A stretch of 64,000 nucleotides of DNA from IMG/VR virus record IMGVR_UViG_3300020577_010124, positions 1-64,000 of that record. One strand, written 5' to 3'. A model generated the notes under the pieces. That model saw nothing but the letters and a program-made list of their open reading frames with translations, was not told the DNA's origin and ran no database searches. Each line of letters starts with the position of its first letter. The first letter of the stretch is position 1. Positions 31,201 through 37,536 of the stretch are shown piece after piece. A program made the position numbers and the translations under genes. This DNA is from a virus. Lineage: Duplodnaviria; Caudoviricetes.

Positions 31201-31227
31201 GAAAGATTCAAAAAAAAACACTTGTAA
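22255..31227 (+). CDS. Multidomain glycosyltransferase/methyltransferase polyprotein
   Basis: Four KYSI.IPTYNHLED GT2 domains, a terminal GT2, a GT2-like domain (ITIGYIDHD..LHQD), three VYDCF.F.NE.D.LEIRLNEL..SD.DEIP..GWHFS GT17-like domains, two LEIG/EVG..FIDADH MTases, an FkbM-like MTase (IDVGA..KLDCEGAE) and a degenerate MTase. Start codon (TTG) uncertain. Confidence 0.9.
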   Translation: MNTDPRKIKYSIVIPTYNHLEDCLKPCLESIIKYTDLSNVEVIIVANGCNDRTSQYVNSLGDPFKLIWMDKPSGYIKPTNEGIRQSKGEYIVLLNNDIVLCNQQKNVWLQMLEKPFENPKTGISGPYKDIRFAWDDNKITFRQHYMVFYCAMVRKQTFQELGLLDEGFGLGYEEDIDFCIRLENSGLSLVQVPEDMHYDLNITKDYLIHNPNINTKFPIYHKDKITFQEITHDSTREPNLLLRKHQMIPKYSIIIPTYNHLEDCLKPCLESIIKHTDLTNVEVIIVANGCTDGTRDYVHSLGHPFKLLWIDEPSGYTKSTNEGIKVAMGEYVILVNNDMVFLSQEKSRWISMLEAPFLSDKSVGITGAAKNFHEETQFNFLLFFCVMIKWETIKKFGLLDEIFNPGYGEDIDYCWKLHNAGLKVVQVPNDASFSKVRDAEDHVIYFPIWHKSSQTVHSVPGWSEIVARNERILMDRYGKYPNRRILPEWEKALDAGQKIEAELNERTKLTVVSKESLDGIFRDESVVANSVKKDRPIISSYNDIYSYVLDVGSKHAGFFGAKYTGGYCLQQNPEEISRFLFDFKDLDIKNYLEIGCADGGVTRLLCDVLKIENVYTIDLGWKDGDNPNSYRDGIDNLKNSGKINIFRGNSHSKEAEQFLEESGKQFDVIFIDADHTFEAVMRDTALAVKYAKPNTIFVYHDHAFVEGVYRFFQHLLKPNEFNLTFINDYVHSDPQVRKGLAVFRFEGKPQTQKPKVYDCFTFYNEFDLLEIRLNELDSVVDKFVLVEAKHSFQGKPKPLYFRDNKERFKKFLHKIEHVIVDEFPPTDNHWHREHFQRNAIVRGLNGCKDNDIIIISDVDEIPRSNVIERYNPAHGIVNLAQDVFYYYFNCKCHNNWVQPKILTYAILKTTSPEEVRHLHGKAHLPLMENAGWHFSYLGNVDWIINKIESFSHTEYNTDEFKNKEHVLRCIANGKDLFNRFDPTFVEVDDSFPEYLKDNLLRFASKGLVKSLGSNQLPEGWFGDKDIEVYRKIVSFLPEGSSMAEVGVWKGRSLCSLEDIIKNRSLSVTAVDNFAGSIAESVIAEMAQKENIKLTFQKNIINYGLQNNIVVIDKPSEEAAKLVADDSLALIFIDADHTYDSVSQDISFWLPKLKAGGIIAGHDFMYSPGVRQAVIEWFEGKFTVDGNIWYAGKESVKIPSPKKTPKYSIVIPTYNHLEDCLKPCLESLKKYTELSTVEVIVVANGCTDGTKAYVESLGDPFKLIWMDKPSGYIKPTNLGIKSAKGEYVILLNNDTELNPQHKNFWIDILEKPFIDNPSVGISGPRKAWNECVEHEYLIFFCVMMRRSLFEEIGLLDESFGIGYHEDIDFCINAQKAGYKLAEVPYDVTYTKENMGNEGRDCPFPMRHAGGSTFWEIYHNRQEERLKANTQRLLEKYKPHPRVYDCFSFFNELDVLEIRLNELDSVVDRFVLVEARYTHQGQPKPLYFEQNKERFKKFLHKIEHVIVDDFPETDDTWVREPYQRNCAYRGLKNCKDNDIIILSDIDEIPRASAVKQYKPEMGLTCIQTNLYSYKLNYLCPIKWYKLRIFTFAEIKGGDLQQFRGSRDYDYKTTIENGGWHFSFIGNKEHIIQKIESYAHVEFNNDEVKNDQNVANAINKGQDVFGRGIQFTAVEIDDSFPQFVRDNLEYYKSKDLIAETKTKLQKFHDILLASNWGVFNEIYNLDVYKMEEKDVRNKTVIDVGAFHGHFAFRALEMGANSVYCFEPQPDNYVRFIRNCEAYVSIYGDKPKVDANNLAVWDGSCPQMNISASEDGSCFWGNRDTKTVSCVSLNEVMKNIGFSGDMVLKLDCEGAEFEILYNSSANMIKRFSIIYLEIHDNLNPKYINKSKELLGYMANLGFVVESIGPQAGWFGADGSFTPAPVICVKLRNTYPSKDEITIGYIDHDQEVFSKYLKPSLSKSGVSSISVSSQSSGAKSYNKILDEAKTKYVLFLHQDVGFGPGLIEAIEKSIEAHPNFGAMGIVGFDFANNTIWSSPDVCKEVERFDACCLLVNKEHGIRFDEKTFDDLHFYVEDYCMQTIARGLKNYTMAYPSWQFDEDESFDVNKKYMKHIGSTYKKAGNKMWGKYGEHSHKFAEKWNNRPKYSIIIPTYNHLEDALKPCIESLSRHTDLSNVEVIVVANGCVDGTRDYVNSLGNPFKLLWIEEQAGYTRATNEGIKIARGEYIILLNNDVYLLDYQQKNEWIDLLVEPFLKDSKVGITGPLKGQCPYRDADKIPGDDFMIFFCVMMRKSLFDQIGLLDEDFSPGAGEDTEFSWRAIDAGYSLVQVPHNDSNLHGATKYAKGMYPMFHHSGKTRGDDFERVKINNVKLLQKLKTKNLRIQFTKGHKLDGFFTADMDNPLANLMLDARKINLANDSVIEIICDKFLERYSENELFSALSECHRVLVCKGKVSLSTNDGGKDVFVSNLLRVGFVDVKANYSNGVTWVSATKKAIDKPKVYDCFSFFNELDLLEIRLNELGPYVDHFVLSEMTVTHSGKPKPLYFNENKERFKKFWHKIIHVIVDDCPDASDPWIREHFQRDAVANGLVKCKDNDIIIVSDLDEIPRGSKISQYKDQKAWMFFEQHQYNYYLNMSVGVSPITPGTFSRITTYKALKDIGLKPTALRYAECMESDRIPDGGWHFSWMGGAANIVTKLESWAHQELNRPEFKDVQKIEDNIENEIEALGRPDAPHKPRFVEVDSTFPKFIIDNKQSFIDKKLIKVCNAKPKVAIVMPYYNDSELLVRSVMGIVGQSFRDWTLFLVDDGSQEDKKARKVLGQHVDKRIVIIDKQNGGVSSARNVALERIRSDGSFTHVAYCDSDDIWTEGYLQSQVNHTQFCDFSYSEVEHEYDNGSKAYPIGILNPDEYPGLEYMKSAAFIFISSVVHKVKCLSVGDFDSSINSIEDWDMWVRMAKEGYSFKKNKSAKIIYIVKTQSNMASKRTPEIFERFKKKHL

Positions 31228-32009
31228 TCGGTCGCAATTGGAAGTTCTTGGATTACTTGGTTCCATGCGTTGATAGCATTCTTAGTTACAACGACAATGT
31301 TGATCTAATAGTAGTTGACAGCAAATCTTCAAGATCAGAAACAATCAAGGCCTATTGCAATCGCCTATTGAAGCATGGCGATATTCGAGGCTTCATTCAG
31401 TCAGATAAAAACTATCTTGGTAATCTATGGAAAGTCAATAGCTATCTAAGTCATATTTTTGAGCAATATGACTATATTTGTATGACAGATTTAGATTTGA
31501 AGATTGTTTCGCCTACGAAAAACTGGCTAGAAAAACTGACCAATATACTAGATAGACGACAAGATATAGGGGCGGTATCAATTGATTTTGAACCGATGCC
31601 ACCTATATCTGATCATTTTGTCTTTGCTAAAGATCATCCAGAGCTAAAGATTGAAGGGGAAGATTTTTGGAACATGCTTACGGACGGATGGTTTTATACA
31701 GTTCGTAAATCTGATTTTATGGAATATCTACGTAATAGTAATGGACAGATGGGGCCAGGCATGCATGGCTATAACGAGTTTTGCTATTCAAGAGGTAAGA
31801 TGATAGGAAGAACCAATATCATTGCCACTCATTATGGATGGTTGAGATACGATAAGGAATGGAAGTCCGCATACGACGAATGCGGAATTGATTTCAGACT
31901 AGAAACTTCAGATCGTAACAATCATTCATATCTTGAGTTACAAGGCAACTGGAATGGTCGAACAGCTATGCCTACAAAAGATTCGTTTACAATGAATGGA
32001 GACTTATGA
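31203..32009 (+). CDS. GT2-like domain, probably joined to the polyprotein by a -1 shift at an A9 run
   Basis: The -1 frame is open from 31203 and reads KTLVIGRNWKFLDYLVPCVDSIL..LIVVDS..MTDLD; there is no ATG or RBS before it. Confidence 0.7.
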   Translation, partial: KIQKKTLVIGRNWKFLDYLVPCVDSILSYNDNVDLIVVDSKSSRSETIKAYCNRLLKHGDIRGFIQSDKNYLGNLWKVNSYLSHIFEQYDYICMTDLDLKIVSPTKNWLEKLTNILDRRQDIGAVSIDFEPMPPISDHFVFAKDHPELKIEGEDFWNMLTDGWFYTVRKSDFMEYLRNSNGQMGPGMHGYNEFCYSRGKMIGRTNIIATHYGWLRYDKEWKSAYDECGIDFRLETSDRNNHSYLELQGNWNGRTAMPTKDSFTMNGDL

Positions 32010-32974
32010 AAATAGTTGTAACTGGCGGAGCGGGGTTTATTGGTTCAAATTTTATTCGATTACTTCTTCGCGCTGATAAATCAGTAAGAGTTGTTAATGT
32101 TGATAAGCTTACTTATGCAGGAAGCCTTGCTTCGGTTTCTGATTTAGACCCCAATAGACACTCCTTAATACTTGCAGATATTTGCGATAAATCAGGAATG
32201 TCTTCTATAATAGAACAAGGCGATGTTGTTGTTAATTTTGCGGCAGAAAGTCATGTAGATAATTCTATTGCAAATGCTAACGTGTTTTTAGAAACAAACA
32301 TAACAGGAGTTCAAAATCTTCTTACAGTAAGTCGAGAAAAAGAAGCCGCTTTGTTTTTGCAAGTTTCTACAGACGAAGTGTATGGTTCCTTGGATTATCA
32401 CCAATGCTCTTCTAAAGAAACCGATGTTCTTATTCCTTCTTCTCCTTATAGCGCTTCTAAAGCAGCAGGCGAGATGATGTGCTTTGCTGCCATGAAAACA
32501 TATGGGCAACCTGTAATCATAACAAGATCCTCAAATAACTATGGACCTTATCAATATCCTGAAAAAATGATTCCTCGGTTCATAACTAATCTCATGCGAG
32601 GAGAAAAAGTTCCCTTGTATGGAAACGGAAAGAACGTGCGAGATTGGATTTTTGTTGAAGATAATTGCGAAGCAATTCTGTCCGTTATCTATGATGGCGT
32701 TGTTGGAGAAATTTATAACATTGGTGGCGGCAATGAGTTAATGAATTTTGAACTAACCCAAATGATTCTTGAGCATATGGGAAAGGATAGCTCGTCCATA
32801 GAATATGTAAAAGACCGCCTTGGACATGATTTGCGATACTCTGTGGATTCTTCTAAGATAAAGCAGCTTGGATGGAAGCCTAAAACAGATTTTCATGAAG
32901 GTTTGGCAAAAACAATACAGTGGTATAAGACAAATACAGAATGGTTGCGTCTTCTTTCTGAAAGAAACATATGA
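32006..32974 (+). CDS. rfbB: dTDP-glucose 4,6-dehydratase
   Basis: GGAGFIG, DKLTYAG, AAESHVD, STDEVYG, YSASK, RDWIFVED, DRLGHDLRY. Confidence 0.97.
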   Translation: MKIVVTGGAGFIGSNFIRLLLRADKSVRVVNVDKLTYAGSLASVSDLDPNRHSLILADICDKSGMSSIIEQGDVVVNFAAESHVDNSIANANVFLETNITGVQNLLTVSREKEAALFLQVSTDEVYGSLDYHQCSSKETDVLIPSSPYSASKAAGEMMCFAAMKTYGQPVIITRSSNNYGPYQYPEKMIPRFITNLMRGEKVPLYGNGKNVRDWIFVEDNCEAILSVIYDGVVGEIYNIGGGNELMNFELTQMILEHMGKDSSSIEYVKDRLGHDLRYSVDSSKIKQLGWKPKTDFHEGLAKTIQWYKTNTEWLRLLSERNI

Positions 32975-33795
32975 AATACCTAATCGTTGGCAATGGATAC
33001 CTTGGAAATCAGATAGCAAAAGCTCTTGACGGAGTTGTATGTACTGAAAAAGTTACAACTCAAAGTTCAATCAGCAGCTATATTTGGAGCCATCAACCAG
33101 TTTGCGTAATCAATTGCGTTGGTAAAACTGGTAAACCAAATGTTGATTGGTGCGAAAGCAATCAAGAAGAAACGTTCTTTTCGAATGTTGTTGTTCCTAG
33201 TTACATATGGAACGCTTGTAATCAATTTAAAGTAAAGATGGTTCATATTGGTAGTGGCTGTATCTATAGTGGCGATAATGAAGGTAAAGGATATTCAGAA
33301 GAAGATGTTCCAAATTTTGACGGAAGCTATTATAGTTGGACTAAGATTGTTTCAGAGAGATTTTTGAAATCCCATGACGTACTTCAGCTTCGTATTCGTA
33401 TGCCAATGAGCGATGAATATAACCCAAGAAATCTAGTAACCAAACTGCTTGGTTACAAAAAAGTTTTGAGCGAACCAAACTCAATAACATATGTTCCTGA
33501 TATGATTGAGGTACTGCGTCAGCTTTTGGATAAAGACGCTACAGGCATTTATAACGTTGTAAATAAGGGACCAATGCTGCATCCTTCGATAATTGATACG
33601 TATAAAGCGTTGACAGGAAATACTGATTTGCTTTATGAAATCATTGGACTTCAAGAGCTTGATAGTTTGATTGTCGCAAAGAGATCAAACTGCGTGTTGT
33701 CTATAGATAAATTGGAAAAACTTGGGATATCTATGCCAGAAGCTAAAGATGCCGTTTATCGTTGTATTTCTAAATACGTAGAAAGCGAGAAGTAA
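32971..33795 (+). CDS. NDP-4-keto-6-deoxyglucose 3,5-epimerase/4-reductase (NRS/ER / RmlD-like)
   Basis: GNGYLG, GKTGKPNVDWCE, GCIY, EED.PNF.GSYYS.TK, LRIRMP, NPRNLVTKL, PNSIT. Confidence 0.85.
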   Translation: MKYLIVGNGYLGNQIAKALDGVVCTEKVTTQSSISSYIWSHQPVCVINCVGKTGKPNVDWCESNQEETFFSNVVVPSYIWNACNQFKVKMVHIGSGCIYSGDNEGKGYSEEDVPNFDGSYYSWTKIVSERFLKSHDVLQLRIRMPMSDEYNPRNLVTKLLGYKKVLSEPNSITYVPDMIEVLRQLLDKDATGIYNVVNKGPMLHPSIIDTYKALTGNTDLLYEIIGLQELDSLIVAKRSNCVLSIDKLEKLGISMPEAKDAVYRCISKYVESEK

Positions 33796-33796
33796 T

Positions 33797-34534
33797 ATGA
33801 AGGGAGTATTGTTGGCGGGCGGCTCAGGTACTCGATTGTTGCCTCTTACAAAGGTTACAAATAAGCATCTGTTACCAGTTTATAACAAACCAATGATTTA
33901 TTATCCACTCAATACATTGAAAAGCATGGGTATTGAGGAGGTTTTGATTGTCTCGGGACGAGATCATTGCGGACATATTCTTCAGCTTCTAGGAAGCGGT
34001 AAAGAGTTTGGCATGAGCATTTCTTATGAAATCCAAGAAGAGGCAGGAGGTATTGCTCAGGCTCTAAGTCTTGCCGAAGGATTTGCAAAAGGAGATAATA
34101 TCGCAGTTATACTTGGAGATAATATCTTTGAGGATAAGTTTGATATAAGCGATTTTCAACTGCGATCAAAACAAGAAGGCGCTCGTCTTTTTTTGAAAGA
34201 GACAACTAATCCAGAGCGATTTGGAGTTGCTCAAATCGTTAAAGACGAAATTATTTGCGTTGTTGAGAAGCCTAAAACCTATGTTTCAAATCTTGCGGTT
34301 ACGGGATTGTATATTTACGATCAAAGCGTGTTTCATTTTATTAAAGAACTTCGTCCTTCTAAGAGAGGCGAGCTTGAAATAACAGATGTGAACAACCGCT
34401 ATATACAACAGGGTACGGTAAGTTTTCGCATGGTTCATGGAGAGTGGACCGACGCAGGCACGTTTGAAAGCCTTCATCGAGCTAATATTTTAGCCAAAAA
34501 CATTTCGGAACAATCTAATGAATTTGTCTCATAA
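33797..34534 (+). CDS. rfbA: Glucose-1-phosphate thymidylyltransferase (short form)
   Basis: LAGGSGTRLLPLT..NKHLLPVYNKPMIYYPL, GDN, EKP, RGELEITD, WTDAGT. Confidence 0.97.
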   Translation: MKGVLLAGGSGTRLLPLTKVTNKHLLPVYNKPMIYYPLNTLKSMGIEEVLIVSGRDHCGHILQLLGSGKEFGMSISYEIQEEAGGIAQALSLAEGFAKGDNIAVILGDNIFEDKFDISDFQLRSKQEGARLFLKETTNPERFGVAQIVKDEIICVVEKPKTYVSNLAVTGLYIYDQSVFHFIKELRPSKRGELEITDVNNRYIQQGTVSFRMVHGEWTDAGTFESLHRANILAKNISEQSNEFVS

Positions 34535-35945
34535 GAGAATGGCATTGTGTCTATCAGGGCAAGCAAGGGCAGTCAAGGCTTGTCTTTCGTCTATTCAGGA
34601 TTGCATAATAAAACCATTTGGTCACGTTGATGTTTTTATACACACATGGTTTGTTGATAAATACTCTACTGATAAATTCAACGTTAGCGGTCTAGAGACT
34701 TCAAATGTTTTTGATTGCTCTTTGCAAGAATATCTTGATTGCTATAATCCAGCTTCAGTAGCAATAGAAGATTTTGCTCGTTCTAAATATTTTCATTGTA
34801 ATAATCTATCAGATAGAGTTAGAATTGCTTTTTATGTTATTCATAAAAGTAATCAAGTAAAAAGAGAATATGAAATAGAGAATAATCTTAATTATGATTA
34901 CGTAATTCGATGTCGAACTGATTTGAAGTTTGAAAGAAGACTTACAGAACAAGATCTTGAGTGCGTAAATGATGGTTCTATTTTGATTCCGTCTATGCTA
35001 GATTTTGGAGGAGTTAACGATCAGTTTGCTATTGGAACGCCTACAAGCATGAATAAATATGCGTCTTTGCATAATCGTTTAGACAAGTATCTATTTGTAG
35101 ACGGATTACCTTATGATCCAGAACGGCTAATGAAACATCATATTAATTCTATGAATCTTGAGCTTCATAGATTTCGTTTTGATTATAGTATAGTCAAGAA
35201 AAGTATGAAGTATCCGCCAGGAAAAGGATACATAGTAACTGACACGCCAGAAGTCAAAAAGTATTTGACAATGCAGAAAGATTCTTATGACAGTCAAGGT
35301 TCTCATTGGACAGTAAATGCTAAAGATTATGTAGTTGGTAGTTATGAAGCTCATAATCGTTGGGCAGACTATGACTTGTTATTATTCAAAGGTTTTGATA
35401 CAAAAGGCTTGGTTGCTTTGGAGTATGGATGTGGACCAGGTCGAAATCTGATTCGTTTCAAAGATCGCTTTAGTCGCATAGACGGCGTTGATATTTCTTC
35501 AGTTGTTTTGGACAAAGCAAGAGAAAACTTAGAACACGAGCATTTGCCTATACCAAATCTTGTTCTTTCAGACGGCAAAAGTATTGACAGAGATGATCAT
35601 TCTTATGACGTTGTGTTTTCTGTGATATGTATGCAGCATATATGTGTTCATGAGATTCGATACAATATTTTCAAAGAGATATATAGAGTTCTGAAGCCAG
35701 GTGGATATATGTGTATCCAGATGGGTTTTGGCGGAAAATATGTCGAAATAACATGGGCCAAGTATAAAGAAAACTGCTATGACGCAACAGCAACAAACGG
35801 TTTTTATGATGTCTCGATTGAGAATGAAGACGAGCTAAAACGAGATCTTTACGAGATAGGTTTCAAGAATTATAAGTCCGATATTGCTCAGACAGGGCCA
35901 GGCGATAATCATAGAAACTGGATTTGGTTTCAAGTACAAAAGTAA
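34518..35945 (+). CDS. Putative glycosyltransferase-like domain fused to class I SAM methyltransferase
   Basis: N-terminal ALCLSGQAR..DVFIHTW..YDYVIRCRTD..NDQFAIG; C-terminal LEYGCGPGR..GVDIS..RVLKPGG. Confidence 0.75.
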   Translation: MNLSHKRMALCLSGQARAVKACLSSIQDCIIKPFGHVDVFIHTWFVDKYSTDKFNVSGLETSNVFDCSLQEYLDCYNPASVAIEDFARSKYFHCNNLSDRVRIAFYVIHKSNQVKREYEIENNLNYDYVIRCRTDLKFERRLTEQDLECVNDGSILIPSMLDFGGVNDQFAIGTPTSMNKYASLHNRLDKYLFVDGLPYDPERLMKHHINSMNLELHRFRFDYSIVKKSMKYPPGKGYIVTDTPEVKKYLTMQKDSYDSQGSHWTVNAKDYVVGSYEAHNRWADYDLLLFKGFDTKGLVALEYGCGPGRNLIRFKDRFSRIDGVDISSVVLDKARENLEHEHLPIPNLVLSDGKSIDRDDHSYDVVFSVICMQHICVHEIRYNIFKEIYRVLKPGGYMCIQMGFGGKYVEITWAKYKENCYDATATNGFYDVSIENEDELKRDLYEIGFKNYKSDIAQTGPGDNHRNWIWFQVQK

Positions 35946-35953
35946 GGAAATGC

Positions 35954-36988
35954 ATGACTTCTCAAGTAGACGTAACAGTTGAAATATCAACAAAAGACAG
36001 ATATTACACGACCTTGCCAATCGCTCTTGTTTCAGTAGCGAATCAAACATACAAGCCTAAAAAGGTTCTTGTTTTTGACGACGGAGAGGGAAAAGATCTT
36101 AGAGAAGATCCGCTTTATTCTAGTATCTTTGCCCTATATGCTTCTAAGAATATAGATCTAGTTGTTATGTTTGGGCAAAAGAAAGGCCAAGTTCATAATC
36201 ATCAGGGCGCTATTTCTTTAGCAACAACTGAATGGATTTGGCGAATAGACGACGACGATGCGCCTGAAGCAAATGTTCTAGAAAAAATGGTTCGTCATAT
36301 TCGAGACGACGTTGGAGCTATTAGCGGTTTAGTTCTTGTTCCAGGCGAGTTTAGCGAAGATATGGGAGAAGGGTCTGGTAAGATAGAAGATATTTTTACA
36401 AAGCCTCATATCCAATGGTTCAAGTTTTCAGGGGTCAAAGAAGTTGATCATCTAAATAATACCTTTCTATTTCGCAAATCAGCAGTTAAGCATGGTTATT
36501 GCATGGAGTTATCACCCGTAGGTCATAGAGAAGAGACTATGTTTACCTATGAGATAAAACTAGCAGGATACAAGCTTCTTGTTGATTCTGAGGCGGTCAT
36601 TTGGCATCTTCGTTCTCCGAAGGGTGGTATTCGATCTTATGAGCATGCATTCTTTTGGGACCATGACGAAAGAATATTCCAAAGAAAGCTTGAGGAGTAT
36701 GGGGTCAAATCGAAGCTAGAAAAACTTATTGTTTTAGATTGCGGACTTGGAGATCATTATGCTTTCAAAATGATGCTACCAGAAGTCAAAGAAAAATACA
36801 AAGACCAAAACCTTGTTCTAGCAGTATGTTATCCAGAAGTCTTTACTGACGAGAATGTAAGACTTATCTCAATTGCTGAAGCAAAGACTCTTGAGAAGAA
36901 TATGGATAAGCATAATGTCTATAAATTTATGATGGATAGAAATTGGACAGGTCGCCTTGTAGACGCATACAGAAAGATGATACTATGA
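35954..36988 (+). CDS. GT2 glycosyltransferase fused to GT9-like N-terminal half
   Basis: VTVEISTKDR..VFDDG..RIDDD..HREET; C-terminal LDCGLGDH..CYPEVF. Start ATG 35954 with RBS. Confidence 0.8.
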   Translation: MTSQVDVTVEISTKDRYYTTLPIALVSVANQTYKPKKVLVFDDGEGKDLREDPLYSSIFALYASKNIDLVVMFGQKKGQVHNHQGAISLATTEWIWRIDDDDAPEANVLEKMVRHIRDDVGAISGLVLVPGEFSEDMGEGSGKIEDIFTKPHIQWFKFSGVKEVDHLNNTFLFRKSAVKHGYCMELSPVGHREETMFTYEIKLAGYKLLVDSEAVIWHLRSPKGGIRSYEHAFFWDHDERIFQRKLEEYGVKSKLEKLIVLDCGLGDHYAFKMMLPEVKEKYKDQNLVLAVCYPEVFTDENVRLISIAEAKTLEKNMDKHNVYKFMMDRNWTGRLVDAYRKMIL

Positions 36989-37470
36989 AAAGAATAATAA
37001 TTAGCCCTTATTCAAAGAAGCTTAGAAAACTCAAGGCTTCAGATCCAGATAAAACAAATCCTAAGAACTATCCGTTTTGGAAGCTTGTTGTAGCTAAACT
37101 AAAAACCAAAGGATATCATGTTATTCAAGTTGGAGTTGCTGGCGAAGAATCAATAGGTGCAACAGAGGTTAAGCTAAATCTAAGTCTAAAAGAATTAACA
37201 GAACTTCTTATGACTTGTGATACTTGGGCTTCTGTGGATAACTTTTTTAACCATTTTGCTACTTATAATGGCAAACGAGGGGTTGTTGTTTTTGGTCGTT
37301 CAGATCCTGAAATTTACGGATATGCTGAAAACATAAATTTGCTAAAAGATAGAAGCTGTCTTCGTATGGATCAATTTGGTTTGTGGGAATCTGACGAATT
37401 CAGAAGAGATGTTTTTGTAGACTCAGATGTTGTCGTAGAGGCTATAGAAAAACTCTCAGAGCAAAAATAG
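36985..37470 (+). CDS. GT9-like C-terminal half
   Basis: KNYPFW..VIQVG..LSLKEL..SVDNFFNHFA..GVVVFG; ATGA overlap with the upstream gene. Confidence 0.75.
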   Translation: MKRIIISPYSKKLRKLKASDPDKTNPKNYPFWKLVVAKLKTKGYHVIQVGVAGEESIGATEVKLNLSLKELTELLMTCDTWASVDNFFNHFATYNGKRGVVVFGRSDPEIYGYAENINLLKDRSCLRMDQFGLWESDEFRRDVFVDSDVVVEAIEKLSEQK

Positions 37471-37536
37471 AAGGAAAACGGATAGTTCTAGGTAAATATT
37501 AGTATCGTTTATAGGTACTTTACCTAGGAAGAATAC

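Noticed and set aside
22255-31227. Diversity-generating retroelement or intein explaining repeated segments
   Set aside because: No reverse transcriptase, no adenine-specific TR/VR pair noticed, no intein splice motifs; the repeats are whole diverged enzyme domains.
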